From positions 9,176,001-9,240,000 of the forward strand of contig CM068761.1 of NCBI GenBank assembly GCA_035084275.1: DNA of 64,000 nt, given 5' to 3'. Origin of the DNA: Hydrolagus colliei. Its lineage: Eukaryota. How positions within the stretch are numbered: position 1 is the stretch's first letter; each line of letters opens with the position of its first letter. A program made the translations under genes and the position numbers. Below the pieces are notes generated by a model. The model did no database searches, was not told the origin of the DNA, and saw only the letters and a list, made by a program, of their open reading frames with translations. Below are positions 40,043 through 54,532 of this stretch, in pieces.

Positions 40043-43000
40043 CCCCCGGGGCCGCCTGGCCCGGCCCGTTCACCTCCACCCGAGAGCCGGGTGACCAGCG
40101 GCTCATTGACAACACTTCACACTCACAGGAATAAAGCACAGGATCAGTGGATTCTCAACTCAAATCTGAGACGTTTATACTTTTGTTGTTCGGTTAGCGG
40201 ATCATTTACCAGCGACACATCAATTCAAACAATATGGAGGAAATGGTCATCCGGAAATATCACCAAATATTCATATTCAAAAACTGTGGTATTTTGATGA
40301 ATAAATAACATATCTTGCATAACATGGTAGATACCCTGACTTGTAGCTGAAAGGGTGAAGAATTATACACTAAATAATGTCTTATAAATAAGTACAAATA
40401 TTCAAAAGTCACATTTTGGACTTGGATTGCATTATAGGTATTTCTTTGTAATAAATAATAAGAATAATGTTTCTTGCATTTAAGAGAGATTTTCATTTCT
40501 TCTCGTCGCATCAGGAGCTTCACAGAATGTACAGTACTGTGTATTGGTGAGCGAAATGAAACAATCAAATGCGTACAGCAGTGTTCATAACAGTTTAGGA
40601 TTGAAGTGAGCAATTTGTTATTGTTTTTGGTATTTTTCAAATGCACATTAAATTCAGGTTTCTGTTAATACAGGGAGACAAAACATTAGTTAACACATAT
40701 CTGCCGTTTATTGCAAGCTATGACCTCAATGAATCACTTCTGCGTTTGTATTGACTTGTTTTTGCTGATTTAACATAACAAGTTACAGCAGTCTGTAAAG
40801 GTCAGCGCCAAGGCTCCGACCTGCAAACAGAATTAACGTTTGAAACAATTTTCATCATAGAGTCCTGTAGCTCAATGGTTAGAGCACTTGCAACCAAGAG
40901 ATAAGGATTATTTTCCCGGCAGGGCGAAACCTTGAGAAATGTTTCCTTTCTCCACACTGTCTGACAATAATCCCTCGAAACAAAAATTGGAAATTTCAAT
41001 CCAAGACACATTGTGGGACACTGCTGTGCGCAATTTACTGACTCTCTCACCAACAAAAATACAGTTAATCCACAATTGAGCCCATTAACAAACTCCTCAC
41101 AGCATCCTATTACACCATCAATAATACATGAAAAATCCATATATCATTAGATATCAGAGAAAAAAACAATTGACCTTTTGATCACTTCATCCTTTTTAAA
41201 CAGCTTATTACCAAACACTAGATGGTAATATACAGCATTATTCTATTATACTTTCAAAGACAGCAGAGAACAAGGTGTGGATGGGTTAGGTGAAGTGCTG
41301 ATATTGTAAGGGTACATATTACAGAAGTAGAATGTGGTGGAGGGAAGCAATTACTTTTTATTCAATGAAGAATAATATTTCGAATATAGTCTGATGACTT
41401 GCTTTCACGGAATCTTTAATATAACAGGAAAATATTGTACGTTTTAACCACTTAGTGCAGTTTTAGAATGTGTTGATGTGTTCCACTTATTCTGAAAATA
41501 TCCAGTTTAGCCTCTAACTCCGCCTATTAGTGGGTATAATTATGTAAATAAATACTATTGACGTCTCGTTATTCCTTATGCGCTGTGCTCGCTTTAGCAG
41601 AATAAGTGATTACAGGTTATAAATTGGAGTCCTGTAGCTGAATGGTTAGAACTCGCCTTGCAAGCGAGCGATGTGGGTTCAATTTCCAGACGGGTTAAAC
41701 CTTGGGCAAGTTTCATTACTTCACACGCCTAATAACAAGCCCTCAAAAACAATTAGTAAATTCAATCCACAACTGTATGTGAGACACTGCTGTGCACAAT
41801 TGGCTGCCGCATTTCGCCCACAGATATACAGTCAATTCATTTTACAGTATATTCTGTTTGTGAAGCGATTTTAAAAGTCTAAATAACGTGAAAAGCGCTA
41901 ATAAATAAACACTGTATTTGATATAGCGCATTCCACATCTTATCGACGTCTCAAATGAAAGGATTATTATTATTATTATTATTTCGATTTTTCGGCCGAA
42001 AATCGTATCAAATGTAAAAACCTGTTGAGAGATTTCAAAAAAGCATTATATCCTGAAGCTCTACAAATACAGGTGTTTGTATCTAATTTCAGGCCCTTAA
42101 AAATTATATATTGAGAGATGTTAAATGCTGGCCCTCCACATAGCTCCAAATCACTGACGAGACACTGCCTTGGGACAATATCTAAATATGAAAGGTAAAA
42201 CACAAATCTAATTTCATAATTTTTACATATTTGTGTCTAGCCGTATGGTTATTTCTGGATCATGACTAATCCCAAGTCAAGGAGCACACAAGCCCATGTG
42301 CGTATCTACACCACACTACATTGTGTGAAGGATGCTACATAAACGTGAGTTTTTGTTGATGTTGTTGTTTGAATACTTGTTTTAGAATGCCAACTGGGTG
42401 ACATTCAGCAAATCTATGTGGTTCTCTAGCTCTTTGCTTCCTTTCAATCATCATGTACGTATTGCGTCAGCATCACAATTTTCCTCATACCCTTTTGTTT
42501 GCACACATATATATCTGAAGACAAAGTTAAAAAATGAATCATGCACAAATGAAGGATGACCTCCAAACCAATCACAGATCATTTCCTAGTGCTGAATTCT
42601 ACCATTATTAAATTACCTTGCAATCATGCTGGTTGGATTATTCTTTCTAAATCCATAATACTGATACATTTAGGATTACATTCATTCAGCTCCTTATTTG
42701 GGAGGATGGCTCGAAGGTCGTTGTTGACATCAGCCCATTAGTTTATTGCAACATGGCAGAAAGAGCCATGAACGGAATGACAATTGTTTATTTGGTGGAA
42801 GGATGTCTAGGATACTGCAAAAGCTTATCCTCATCCAAGGTAGAGCAAGTCCAAAAATGCAGTACACCTCCCCACCCTGCATTGCAGTGTCAGCATTGAC
42901 AATGTATGTTCCAACTGTAGACATGGTACTGGAACTCCGAATCCTCTGAATCTTGGGGGGGAATGCTCCCAACTGTGCCAGACAGTCACACTGACACATA

Positions 43001-43537
43001 TAGTCATCTGGCATGCCTTTAGTCAGAAAGTGAATAAATGACGTTGAACCAGTCACACATCATTACCTTGTCCTAAATTCTTCTCATAGTAGTTTAAATG
43101 CCAATTGCACCATTTAGACCCCATCCTTACGTGTCCAAAAATTATAATATATTTACTGTTACTATAATGTTCACGTTATATTTGAAGGTTGGACCATTGC
43201 ATGGATCAATCAATATTCTGCATGTTTGCAGTAGCCAATTCAAACAGTTTTCCACAAACAGCAATGAAATGAATAAAAATACCAACTACAGATTACAGAT
43301 GTATATCACTGAATGATGAATTTTAATTTGGGGCATCTTGTCAGGATGTTGCAAATGCTCATTTTACCTTTTCAAATGTGTCATATTTTAGATCCAGATA
43401 AACTGCCAAACTGAGATCTAATCAGAACAATGGCACCTCCAACAATGCAGCAAACCTGCAGCACAGCATCAGTGTCAATATTGTCAATATATGTATATGT
43501 TCCAATTACAGGTTTGGTGCTTGAAACCACCAACCAT

Positions 43538-45258
43538 CTTCTCCGTCTACCCCGCCTCGAGGATCCTCTCCTCCAACTCCCGCTGCGAGAGATGCTGGAT
43601 TTCCTCATGACCAAAATCGAGGGAATCAACTCTGCAGTAATTGACCCCCAACTTCCACCTCATCGCCACCTCCCTCCCACACCCCATCTCCTACCCACCC
43701 CTCCTTCCATAGCTTGAACACAATCTTCCCATCCTCCATCATTGAGACTATCTTCTCAATGAAGCTCACCACCTGCTCCCTAGATCCCATCCCCATCCAT
43801 CTCCTCATCACCCAGCTTCACCTTCTAGCCCCTCTAATCACTGACACTATCAAACAGTGCCTCTCATCCAGGAATGTTCCCATTGCCTTCAAAACCACCA
43901 CCATCACCCCCATCCTAAAAAAGCCTTCCCTTGATGCATCGTAGCTTTCTAGCTATCGGCCCATCTCCAACTTCCCATTCCTTTCCAATGTCCTTGAAAG
44001 AGTGGTTGCCTCCCAGTTCCGGTCCTTCTTCACACAGTACTTACTCCTGGAACCCCTCCAATCAGGTTTCCATGCTCTCCACAGCACGGAAACTGCCCTG
44101 GTCACAGTCACAAACAACATTCTAACCATCTGTGACCAGGGCTCCCTTTGCCTCCTCGTCCTCCTTGACCTATTCTTTGCCTTCGCTACCGTGGACCAGG
44201 GTATCCTCCTCCACTGCCTCTCCTCCCTCCGGAACCTGCAAGGATCTGTCGTCGAATGGTTCTATCTCTCCCACCGCCTTCACTTCATCTCTTCCAATGG
44301 CTTCTCCTCCAGCCCCCTCACAGTCACATGTGGCGTTCCCCGGGGCTACGTCCTCGGCCCCCTGCTCTTCACCCTCTTGCGATATTACCCATAGACATGG
44401 GGTGAATTTTCACATGTATGCGGATGACACCCAAATCTGCATATCCGCATCAACCCTCGATTCCACTGGCGTTCTGATTGGATGTCTGTCCGACATCGAG
44501 TCCTGGACCAGGGCAAATTTCCTGCAACTCAAAGTTAACAAGACGGAAGCCCTCCTGATTGGCTCACGTCAGCACCACCGCACGTCAGGCGCCAAAAACT
44601 TCAGCGTTCAAGGCTGCTTTGTCCAACTCTCAAAACCAATCAGGAATCTGGGAGTGTTGTTTGACTCTGAGCTGTCCTTCCTCCCCCATATCTGCTCATG
44701 ACTGGCACAGCCTTCCATCACCTCCGCAATATTGCCAGACTCCGCCACAACCCATGCCGCCATAACCCTCTTTCACATCTTTATCACTTCCAGGCTCGAC
44801 TACAGGAACTCCCTCCTCGTCGGCCTCCGCAGCTCCTCCCTTCACAGGCTGCAAATTATTTGGAACTCTGCAGCCCGTGTACTCTCCCGTACCAGGCTTC
44901 GCAACACATCGCTCCCAACCTCGCCCGTCTCCATTGGCTCCCCGTCACCCAGAGGATCGAAATCAACATACATGTCTTCACTTTCAAGGCCATTCACGGC
45001 CTTGCCCCCTCCTGTCTCTCTGACCGACTGTCTCCCTATCAGCCTGCCCGCACCCTCCGTTCAGCAGACTCAGGGCTGCTTCGCGTCCACCACCCTAACC
45101 ACCCAACCATCGGTGGCCGGGCTTTCAGCCTGTCTGCTCCCATACTGTGGAACTCCCTTCTGCAGCCCATTCACCTTGCTTCCTCCCTTTCCTACTTCAA
45201 GGCCGGTCTCAAGACCTACCTCTTCGTTCACGGCTTTGGCTGTCCCACTTACTGTCCC
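43538..45258 (+). mobile_element. L2-clade LINE ORF2 fragment private to the C-D spacer
   Basis: KLTTCSLDPIP, YRPISNFPFLS, QSGF...HSTETAL, LLDL..AFATVD, FHMYADDTQ, RLDY, all frameshifted. Replaces ~230 bp present in other spacers. Confidence 0.88.
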
Positions 45259-47447
45259 TCTGGATGATGGGGAGCCAATAGAGTCAGGTGAGGATGGGGT
45301 AGATGAGGTCACAGAGTTTGGAATGGCAGAGGACATGCGCCGCAGAGTTCTGCATTATCTGCAGCCTGCGGAGTGAGGAAGTGGGAAGGCCAACCAGGAA
45401 GTTTGTATAATCTAGTTTGTATAATCTAGCTGGGATGTAATGAAGGCATGGATGATGGTTTCAGTGGCTTTGGGGATGAGGTAGTGGCAGAGTCAGGCAA
45501 TGTTGCAGAGATGGGGAAAGGCAGAGCAAGTCATTGATTGGATGTGGGGGAGGTAAGACAGTTGATTGTTGAACGAGACACCTAAGTTCCTGACTGACTT
45601 TATCAGGTTGAGTGTGTCACCATGGAGGTTGATGCTGCCAGCGCCTGGTGCAAGAAGGCACTGGCATGAGCCAGTCAGTGGGGCCTCTGTCTTGTTGACA
45701 TTCAACTGTAGATGGTTAGCTCTCTTCCAGGACTTGATTCCTGAAGAACTGTCTGTCACGACAGTGGTAGTCCAAGAGATGAGGGCAGAGGCAGAGTGAC
45801 AGAGTTGGGTGTCATCCGCATATATGTGGAAGTTAAACTAATGTCTGCAGACGACGTCACGTTGTAGATGTTGTAGCTGTTGATTTTGAAAAGTAAGAGA
45901 CAAGGACAGAGCCCTGGTGGAAGCCGCGGGGTGACAGTGTGGGGGCAGGAGGAGAAGCCATTGGTGGTGGCAATGTGGTGACATGAGAGAGGTACAACAA
46001 CAACAACTTCGATTTATATAGTGCCCTCCATGCCAGACGGCGTATCAGAGCACTCCACAATAGCGGATTCTGGTACCAAACCAGGGGGAGAGGGAGAAAG
46101 GTGACCAAATTTGCGGTCAAATAGAGAGGTCTTCAGCTGGGACCTGGACTGAGAAAAGAGGGAGCGAGGTGAAGGTAATGAGGAAGGGAATTCCAGAGCC
46201 TCGGTCCTTAGTGGCTGAATGAACAGCCACCGAGGGTGGAGCAGAGGATTCGGGTAACTTCGAGTAGGCCAGACCCACTGGAGCAAAGGCAAAGGGTGCT
46301 GGTTGAGGGAAGTAGGGGTGTGCAGTGGATTGGAGGGATTTGAAGACAAGGTTGAGGATCTTGAAGTCGATCCTTCTGGCATAGTGATCCAGTAAAGTCT
46401 GGAAAGGATTGGGGTAATGGGGGAGCGAAATTTGGTGTGGGTGAGAATGTGGGCAGCAGACTTCTGAATGAGTTGGACTCTATGGATTGTGGAGCAGGGG
46501 AGAATGGCGAGGAGTGCATTGGAAAAGAGGTGTCAAAGGCGTGGACCAGGATTTCAGTGGCTTTTGGGGTGAGGTATTGTTGGAGATGGGTGATCTGTCG
46601 GAGGTGGAAGAAGGCAGTGCTGGTGACGGACTGGATGTGAGGGAAGAAAGACCGTTGGAGGTCGAACCTGATGCCTAGGTTGTGCACAGGTTTGCAGAGT
46701 TTTACGGGCAGACTGTGAAGGTGAGGAGGTGAGAGCAGTGAAAAATTGAGACATTGGCGAGAACCAAAGAGTATGATTGGGTGTCGAGCCAGGCAAGGGC
46801 ACGTGTGTGTTGATTGACAAGCCAGGAGAGACAGTGCAGGAGGACCTTGTTAAAGGCAGCAAAGAGGTCAAGGAGTACAGGAGGGAAATGAGCGAAGCGG
46901 GAAGCAATGACTCATTGGAGAGGAAGGGTGGTTGGAGATGTGGCAATAGCTAGAGAGTAGTAATGCGTTGAGAGTAGGTTTGATCAGATGAGGGTGATGA
47001 CAGCAGTTTTTAGAGGAATGGGGATGCTGCTGGTGGATAGGCAGAGGTTGATGATGTCAGTTAAGAGGGGAGAATAGGCGACAGAGCTGGAAGATGAGAA
47101 GAGGGGTTAGGGATGGGATCAAGGGAACAGGTTTGTTTGTTTTATTTTGCGGAGGAGCAGAAAAGGCTGGTGGAGAGATATCCAGTGGGGGTGGGAGGGA
47201 GATGGATCCTAGAGGAGAGTTAGAAGATGTGGGCTGAACGAATCCACTCCATTTTCACAGACAAATATACAGTCAACTTATTTTAAAGTATATTTTGTTA
47301 AGCGCTTTCGGAAGTCTAGAAGACGTAAAAAGCACTATACCACATTCAAAGATTGTTATTATCAATTCCTTGCTCCACTACTCCAAACCTAGCTCCTCCA
47401 CGACCATCATCTCTGATCACTTAAATCCCAAATAGAGAACTTCAAGT

Positions 47448-49222
47448 AGATTCATAGATTCATAGAATTTTATGGCACAAAAGGAGGCCATTCGGCGCAT
47501 CTAGTCTGTGCCGGCTCTTTGAAAAGAGCGATTCAATCCCACTTCCCTGCCCGCTCCCCATAACCTAATAGACCTGTTCTCCCTAAATAAAGATCTAATT
47601 CCCTTTTAAAAGTTGTTATCGAATCAGCCTCCACCACCTTTTCAGGCAATGCATTCCAGATTCGACCAACTCGCTGAGTGAAAAAATTTCTCCTCAGCTC
47701 CCCTCTGCTTCGGCTTGAAACTATTTTAAATCTGTGACCAAGAGTCACAGATTCGCCCACGAGTGGAAATAGTTTTACTCTATTTGCCCTGTCGAAACCC
47801 CTCATGATCTTATAAACCTCTATTAGGTCTCACCTCAATCTTCTCTGCTCCAGAGAGAATAACCCTAGCCTATCTAGCCTCTCCTCATAGCTGAAGTCCC
47901 TCAATCCTGGCACCATCCTAGTAAATCTTCTTTGTACCTTTTCCAATGTCTTCACATCCTTTCTGTAGTGTCGTGACCAGAATTGAACACAGTATTCCAG
48001 CTGAGGCCTTACCAAAGTCTTATAGAGGTTAGTCAGCACTTCCTGACTTTTGTACTATAGACCCCTATTTATAAAGCCTAGTATCCCATATGCCTTCTTA
48101 ACAGCCTTGTCTGCCTGTCCTGCCACCTTCAACGAGTCACTAACACAAATCTCCAGGTCTCTCTGTTCCTTCACACCATTTAAAATTGTACTATCTAGCC
48201 TATATTGCCTCCCTTTATTTCTTCTCCCAAAATGCATCACCTCACAATTCTCTGCATTAAACTTCATTTGCCATGTGTCTGCCTACTTTACCAATTTGTC
48301 TATATCCTCTTGCAGATGGCTACTATCCTCCTCACTGTTTACTATTCTCCCTAACTTAGTGTCATCTGCAAACTTGGAAACTGTACTCCGTACACCCAAG
48401 TCCAGATCAGTGATGTAGATTACAAACAGCAATGGTCCCAAAACTGATCCCTGTGGCACACCACTGCTCACTTCCCTCCAGTCTCAAAAACAGCCGCTCA
48501 CTACAACTCTCTGCTTTCTGTCACGCAGCCAGTTGTGGATCCACGCTGCCACTGTCCCTTTTACGCCATGGGCTTTTAATTTCCTAATAAGTCTCTCATG
48601 TGGCACTTTGTCAAATGCCTTTTGAAAGTCCATGTAAACTACATCAACTGCGCTACCTTTATCCACCCATTCCGTTACCTCATCAAAAAATTCTATCAGA
48701 TTTGTAAGGCAAGATTTGCCTTTAACAAATCCATGTTGACTGTCCTTCATTAGCCTATATCTTTCTAAGTGAAGATCTACCTTGTCCCTGATTATGCACT
48801 CTCGAAGTTTGCCCACTACCGACGTTAGACTGACTGGTCTGTAGTTACCAGGCTTGTCCTTCTGCCCCTTTTTATATAAGGGAGTAACATTAGCTATCCC
48901 CCAGTCCTCTGGCACGACTCCTGTGTCCAAGGAAGATTGAAAGATCGTGGCCATAGTCCCTGCTATTTGCTCCCGTGCCTCCCTTAGTAACATAGGGTGC
49001 ATCCCAACCGGACCAGGTGACTTATCCACCTTGAGTGACGTCATCCTTTTTAGAACATCCTCTCTGGTTATAATTATTCCATCCTTTTCTCCTACCCTCT
49101 CCTCCAATACCATAGCATTGGCTGTATCCTTTTTTTTTGTGAAAACAGAGGCGAAGTACTCATTCAGTACATCAGCCATGCCCTCTGCCACCACAATGAG
49201 ATTGTGGAGGCAGAGGGCATGA
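47448..49222 (-). mobile_element. 5'-truncated CR1 LINE (RT region and 3' end) private to the C-D spacer
   Basis: PGNYRPVSLTSVVGK, QHGFVKGKSCLTNLIEFF, VYMDFQKAFDKVPH, GVPQGSVLGPLLF, KFADDTKL and an (ATTCTATG)-type tail. Flanks rejoin the uninterrupted CTTCAAGT|GTCTC site of other units. Confidence 0.93.
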
Positions 49223-52175
49223 GTGTCTCATAGTTCTCTGCCACACGTTATTCAAGCATTCTCCAACTGACTTCCCTTCAGACCCATTTCTCATTGTCTC
49301 CCCTATAGCTCTTTTGCCAATTAATATAACTCTGTTTTTTTCCAGCTACTGAACCCCCCACCCACCCCCACTTTCCCCCCACCCCCTCCCCACGAAAGTG
49401 ATGACGATAAGGAGTGATTGGTGGTGTCATAGAGTAGAGGTAGTGTTTGGAGATAACAAGGGTGTGGGGATGGATTCAAAGGAGTGGTTTGTGTGTTTCA
49501 TGGTCGATATGGTGGTGTTTGGAGAAAAGTGGGAAATGTGGAAGCGGCGAAGGTAGGGGTTGAGTGTGTGCAGAAGGTGGGGAAGAAGCTGTGTTTGGGG
49601 TTGAGGGTGGTGGTGGGTCAGAGGCTGCTCAATGGATTTGGAAGAGGCAAGGGAGGAACAGTATATTCTAATCTCATCTGGCCACATAGGCAGGTGGACC
49701 ACTAAGTCAAATTTGAGCATATTGCATTCGATGCCCTCCACCTTACCCCAGAGGAGTGAGTGCGGTAACAGAGTGAGAATTGTGATTTGGATGTGGTTGC
49801 TGAGGTGAGGGGGCAAGGGCATTGACAGTAGTTGAGGGAGTGTTATGGAGGAAAAGGATTGAGCAGGATCAGTCAGTGTGTGACCACATTTCTCTGGTTT
49901 GAGTCCAAATTAGCCAACCACCATCACTTCATCTCCATAAATCATTTTACTTCCTGCCCAGGCAGTCACCTATGGTTTATCCCAAGGCTTAATCCTGAGT
50001 TTCCTTTTTTCCTTAGAGTATTTACTCGCTACCTCTCCCTAATGCAGGAATGTTGGATTTATTTATCCCAATGCTTGACAATCAAATCCAAGTCTATCCA
50101 TCTATCCTCCTCTTCATCCTTCTCCTTGTAACACTGGAACAAATCATGTTTTATTTAGCTGCTTGTCAAATATCAAGTCCTGGTTCAACGCCAATTTCCA
50201 GCAGCTGCATTTCGACAAGATGGAAACCATACATTTTGGCTCCTATCAGTATTTTTTCTACTGTGGATCTGACCTGTTCAGCCACCCACAGCACATTCCC
50301 CCCAACCACCCCACCTCCACCTCCACGACCACCACCACCTACCTATCCCTAAAATGTACCAAACCTGTATTGAACTCGGGTGTCAAGTTCGATTTGGTTC
50401 ATAGGATGAATCTCCTCACAAACCAACACGACTTTCTTCCACCTGTGTCATATTGCCCAGCTACACAACACACTGAATGCAGTTGGAAACTTCCCAATGC
50501 CTCTGTCACCTCCTTTCTCGACTACTGAATAGTCTCCCCTTCTCCACTGTACACAAAATCAAAGGTTCGCTTGTGGAGGGGGAGGGGAGAGGGGTGTGTA
50601 GCGTAAGAATCAGCGGCCCTCCAGCAGGTAATAGAGCTGTATTTGGGTGTGTTGATGAGTGGAAACCACCTACGTTTGCAGAACTTTGAATGTGTTTTCA
50701 GTAAGCAGTGTTGGAAACAGTTTTGAAGTGAACGTGGTAATGAAAAGAGAGAAAGAGTTTAGCAGAGAGTGTGGAGAAGAAGTTGGATCATCAGCAGTAT
50801 GGTGATGAGAAAGGTCAAGAGAGAAAGTAATGGGATTATGGTCAATTACAATGTTGGAAATCGAGAAGGAAAGATGCAATAAATGTGTGTATAATACAAA
50901 CACTAGGGGAGGCACAGGAGAAAGATGGAGGGAAGGCAAGAAGAGGCAAATGCTGCCTAACGGATTTTGCTCATGACAAATAAATGAAAATAATAAGTGC
51001 TTCGAAATGCCATTGGGTGTGAAGGGCACTATAATCAATGCAATATGTTGGGACGTCCTGAAGTCGTGAAAGGCTCTATACTCATCTAATTTTGTTGTTA
51101 GTTGCACCTGCCCCTGGCTGGGTCCCAGGATCCATTGTTGTGAAGCGCTCTGAAACGCTGTCCCGTGTGGAGTGTGCTATATAAATCAAAGATGTTGTTT
51201 TTGTAGTTGTTGCTTTTATTATTTGTCATGAGAGGTTACGAATGCAGTGACAGTGGAGATCAGAAGAAATTGTTCAGCTCCCTCCTCAACCTAACATATT
51301 GCACAATTTATCTCTTACCCTCTCACAGATTATTTCAATCACATTATTTTGTTTTTGCCATTATTATTTTCGACTTTCTTTGTCTTTTTTTCATTGGACC
51401 TTATGGAGATAACTCCCAAACATGTTTCTGATCTGTTGTCCGTTACAGTTCCTTCGTGAGACAAAATAATGGGTATCCTCAGGTTATTTTGTAATCGATT
51501 AATTGAACGAACTGATGCATGTTATCTGGTCAATTTAGCAAAGATAAATCATATTTGATTCTGATTTAGTTTTCTGGTACCATTCCTGAGTATTGTCCTG
51601 GGATGCAGTTCATAGATTGTAATGGATGTCAAGACCACCAAAGACCTTTCCTGGTGGGACAATTATAAACATCATCTCACTGGAGGCGTTTGCCCAGCGA
51701 CGCTCCCTGTCACTGTTACCAGTCGGACATCTGCCCAGAAAATAAACTACGTTTATCTCCCAATGTCAACCAAATATTTGCCACAGAAGAGCCCAATATA
51801 ATGGTATCCTAATGGGTAGTCTATCTAGACCAGTGCTGTTGATAATGTGTAAGAAAAGGTCTTCAAAATCAAACGTTTCCAGGTTTAAATAATACTTTTT
51901 GAAAAGCGGACAGCCGCCCAAAGATGTTTTGTTATTCCAGTGTGGGAAATAAACGCGCCGAATGAGGCGAGAACCCGCCCAATCAGCAAACATTGGCAGC
52001 GGGTCTCAGGGCGACTCAATTTATTGGTGGATCCCCTCCCCCCAGCGGTGCGTATTGGCTGCGTATTGGCATCCACCCCCAGCACGTTAGGTTGGCGGTC
52101 AGCTGTCCATCACCCCGAGAACACGCCCCCCTCCCCGGCCAGCCAGTCACCCTTTCCTGCCTCGGGGCCCCGCGC

Positions 52176-53508
52176 CAAGGCCGTACGCAGGGGGGGTGCG
52201 ACGGGTGCGTACGCACCCCCCCAAATTATAAAAGGTCCACATTTTCCGGGGTAGAGAATTGTATTTTTTATCAAATTTAAATACCAAGTAAATTTATTGA
52301 GCATTTGTGTAACAATCAGTTCTTCAAAACTATGTATAAATTATAAACTCACATCTTTGAATGATTTAGTATTAATATAAAATTATCGAGTCGCACACCA
52401 GAATCGGCGTCTCCCCAAAACATACCGCGTCGATAGACCAGTCCATGACGCGGCGAGTCTGTGACTCGTGATTGGATAAACATAGGCGCCAAGACTCAAA
52501 CCCTCGTTTGGAAATCATCCCGTAAACAGCCACAAGGGGCAGCACCAATTCTGGAGTTAAAATCATATTTTCATCTGATCACCGTAAGTAAAAATTACTC
52601 AAGTGTTGAGAGGTGTGGCTGTAATGCTAGCAAACAATGACGACATATTTACAAGCTATTGAGAAATTAAAGCTTTTGAGAAGCCAACAAAAAAGTTATA
52701 TGCTGGACGGGAATGCCTATCTTTAAAAAAGATACTCATGGACGTAGGCCTATGCTTTAGCGCCTATGTCTACGTGGTGTGTCAATCGGAAATCATCCCG
52801 TATACAGTCACTACATAAAAAGGTAGCACCACTTTGTGGAAGCTGAAATCGTATTTTAATCTGATAAATGTAAGTAAAAATGATTTAAGTTTTGATAGGC
52901 GTGTTTCTGAAATATCATGTTTCTTGTTTTGTCTTGATTATCACATTTGATTTATATTATTAAAGATGTATTCCTGTAATTAAAAATTGCTTTTAGAGAC
53001 GTCCACTGGCATGCAAAAAAATATGACCGCAAAGATAAACAGTGCGACTTTATTTCACATTCAGTTTTGTACCCAGAGTGAAAAAAACATCAATGTCGCA
53101 CGAATTTGGCATAAAAATAGTTTCACCGTCATCTGATCGAGCGAACTCGGGCATTGACAACCACACTTCTGCACTGATCCCTTCTCTCCATGCAGCCTGA
53201 ACACTCCCGCCTGCCAATACCCCAATCGCGCTCCAGAGTATCGAGTATTCGACCTTCCAAAAAAATTTAGACACGGACTACCGGGGAAAATAAAAACACT
53301 GAATAAATACTGATGCTCTTAAACACCAAGGGCATGAAACATTTACCGTTCATATTGGATCTTCTGAACCGATTAAATAAGACCTCAAACTGTGTAAAAC
53401 GTCGGAGCCTCGAGGGGGCTTCGGGGTCAGCCCCCAAGCCGCCGGCCATTGTTGGTCCCATCACTAGCAATTCGCACCCCCCCAAAAAAAATCCTGCGTA
53501 CGGCCCTG
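52176..53508. mobile_element. Non-autonomous DNA transposon (TIR element, hAT-like termini), 1333 bp
   Basis: 16-bp TIRs CAAGGCCGTACGCAGG / CCTGCGTACGGCCCTG (1 mismatch). CGCGC is duplicated at 52171-52175 and 53509-53513; the empty site GGGGCCCCGCGCTATTG is present in the other three units. Confidence 0.85.
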
Positions 53509-54532
53509 CGCGCTATTGTATTTCATGTTCCTGAGGCCTCCACTGCATCAATTTATAATAATCCTGACAACGATGGAGAGTTATAAGGAATTAAGATACA
53601 AACAGTCGGTTTGGGGGGTTAGCGCTGACACGTGTTGAGTGTAAAGCAATTAAAAGCATCTGCATCATGGCTGAAAATACCAGCAGCCGCGGGTCGGTAA
53701 CATGAATGGTTTTGCTGAGAGTGGATCGGAGAACATGTCAATATGAGGGATTGGATAAGGGAACTGTATAATGGGCTGCAGTGAAATATTGTTCTCACTC
53801 GTTTATTTCCTGACTGTCAGTGACAGCGGGAGGGGGCGAGGGGGGGATACGTTGTGGATTTGAGCCAAAGAACATTGAAATGACGCTCCAACAAGAGCTT
53901 TCCGTCCAATATTAATAGTAAATGGCAACTGATAATCTGCGGAAAATTGGGTGAATGTTGGAATTTAACCCGCCAATAACCACACAGTTTGCTATTGGGA
54001 TTACCAGCCACCTTCCCGCTGCTTGTTCAGCTCGCACCAAGTGTGTAGTCATGGCGTTGGCTTGCGGAACAACAACAACAACAACAACAAATTACATTTA
54101 TAGAGCGCCTTTCAGGAACATTCTTTATTTGTCAGTAAATAATATGATCAATAAAACAGTGTCAGTGATGGCAATGAATCTGTGACTTTATTAAGCGGAG
54201 CTACTTAATAATGAAACAATGTGATTGTTAAGAGCCAGGAAACTAGCAAGAGGCAGAAATGGCATTCAGCTATTCCTAGATAATTGTACATTAATTAGTA
54301 ATCCGCGAATCGCTGCGATAATTTAAAATAGAGAATGAAACAGAAGTAAAACAAGTTTTTTTTATTGCAAACTCAAACTACTCCACATTTTGATTGGAAT
54401 TACATCAGCATCGAAATACAGACGGCGCGATACTGTGACACAGTTTGGCTCGATATCAAAATGTGGGAATGTCGAATTGAACATTTCTCAACAAGGCTCC
54501 GTGGGCAGTACAGTTCAGTACAGTTCCCGGAA

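Noticed and set aside
53050-53274. Transposase remnant inside the TIR element
   Set aside because: Only a vague resemblance to a hAT C-terminus; not supportable without an HMM search.
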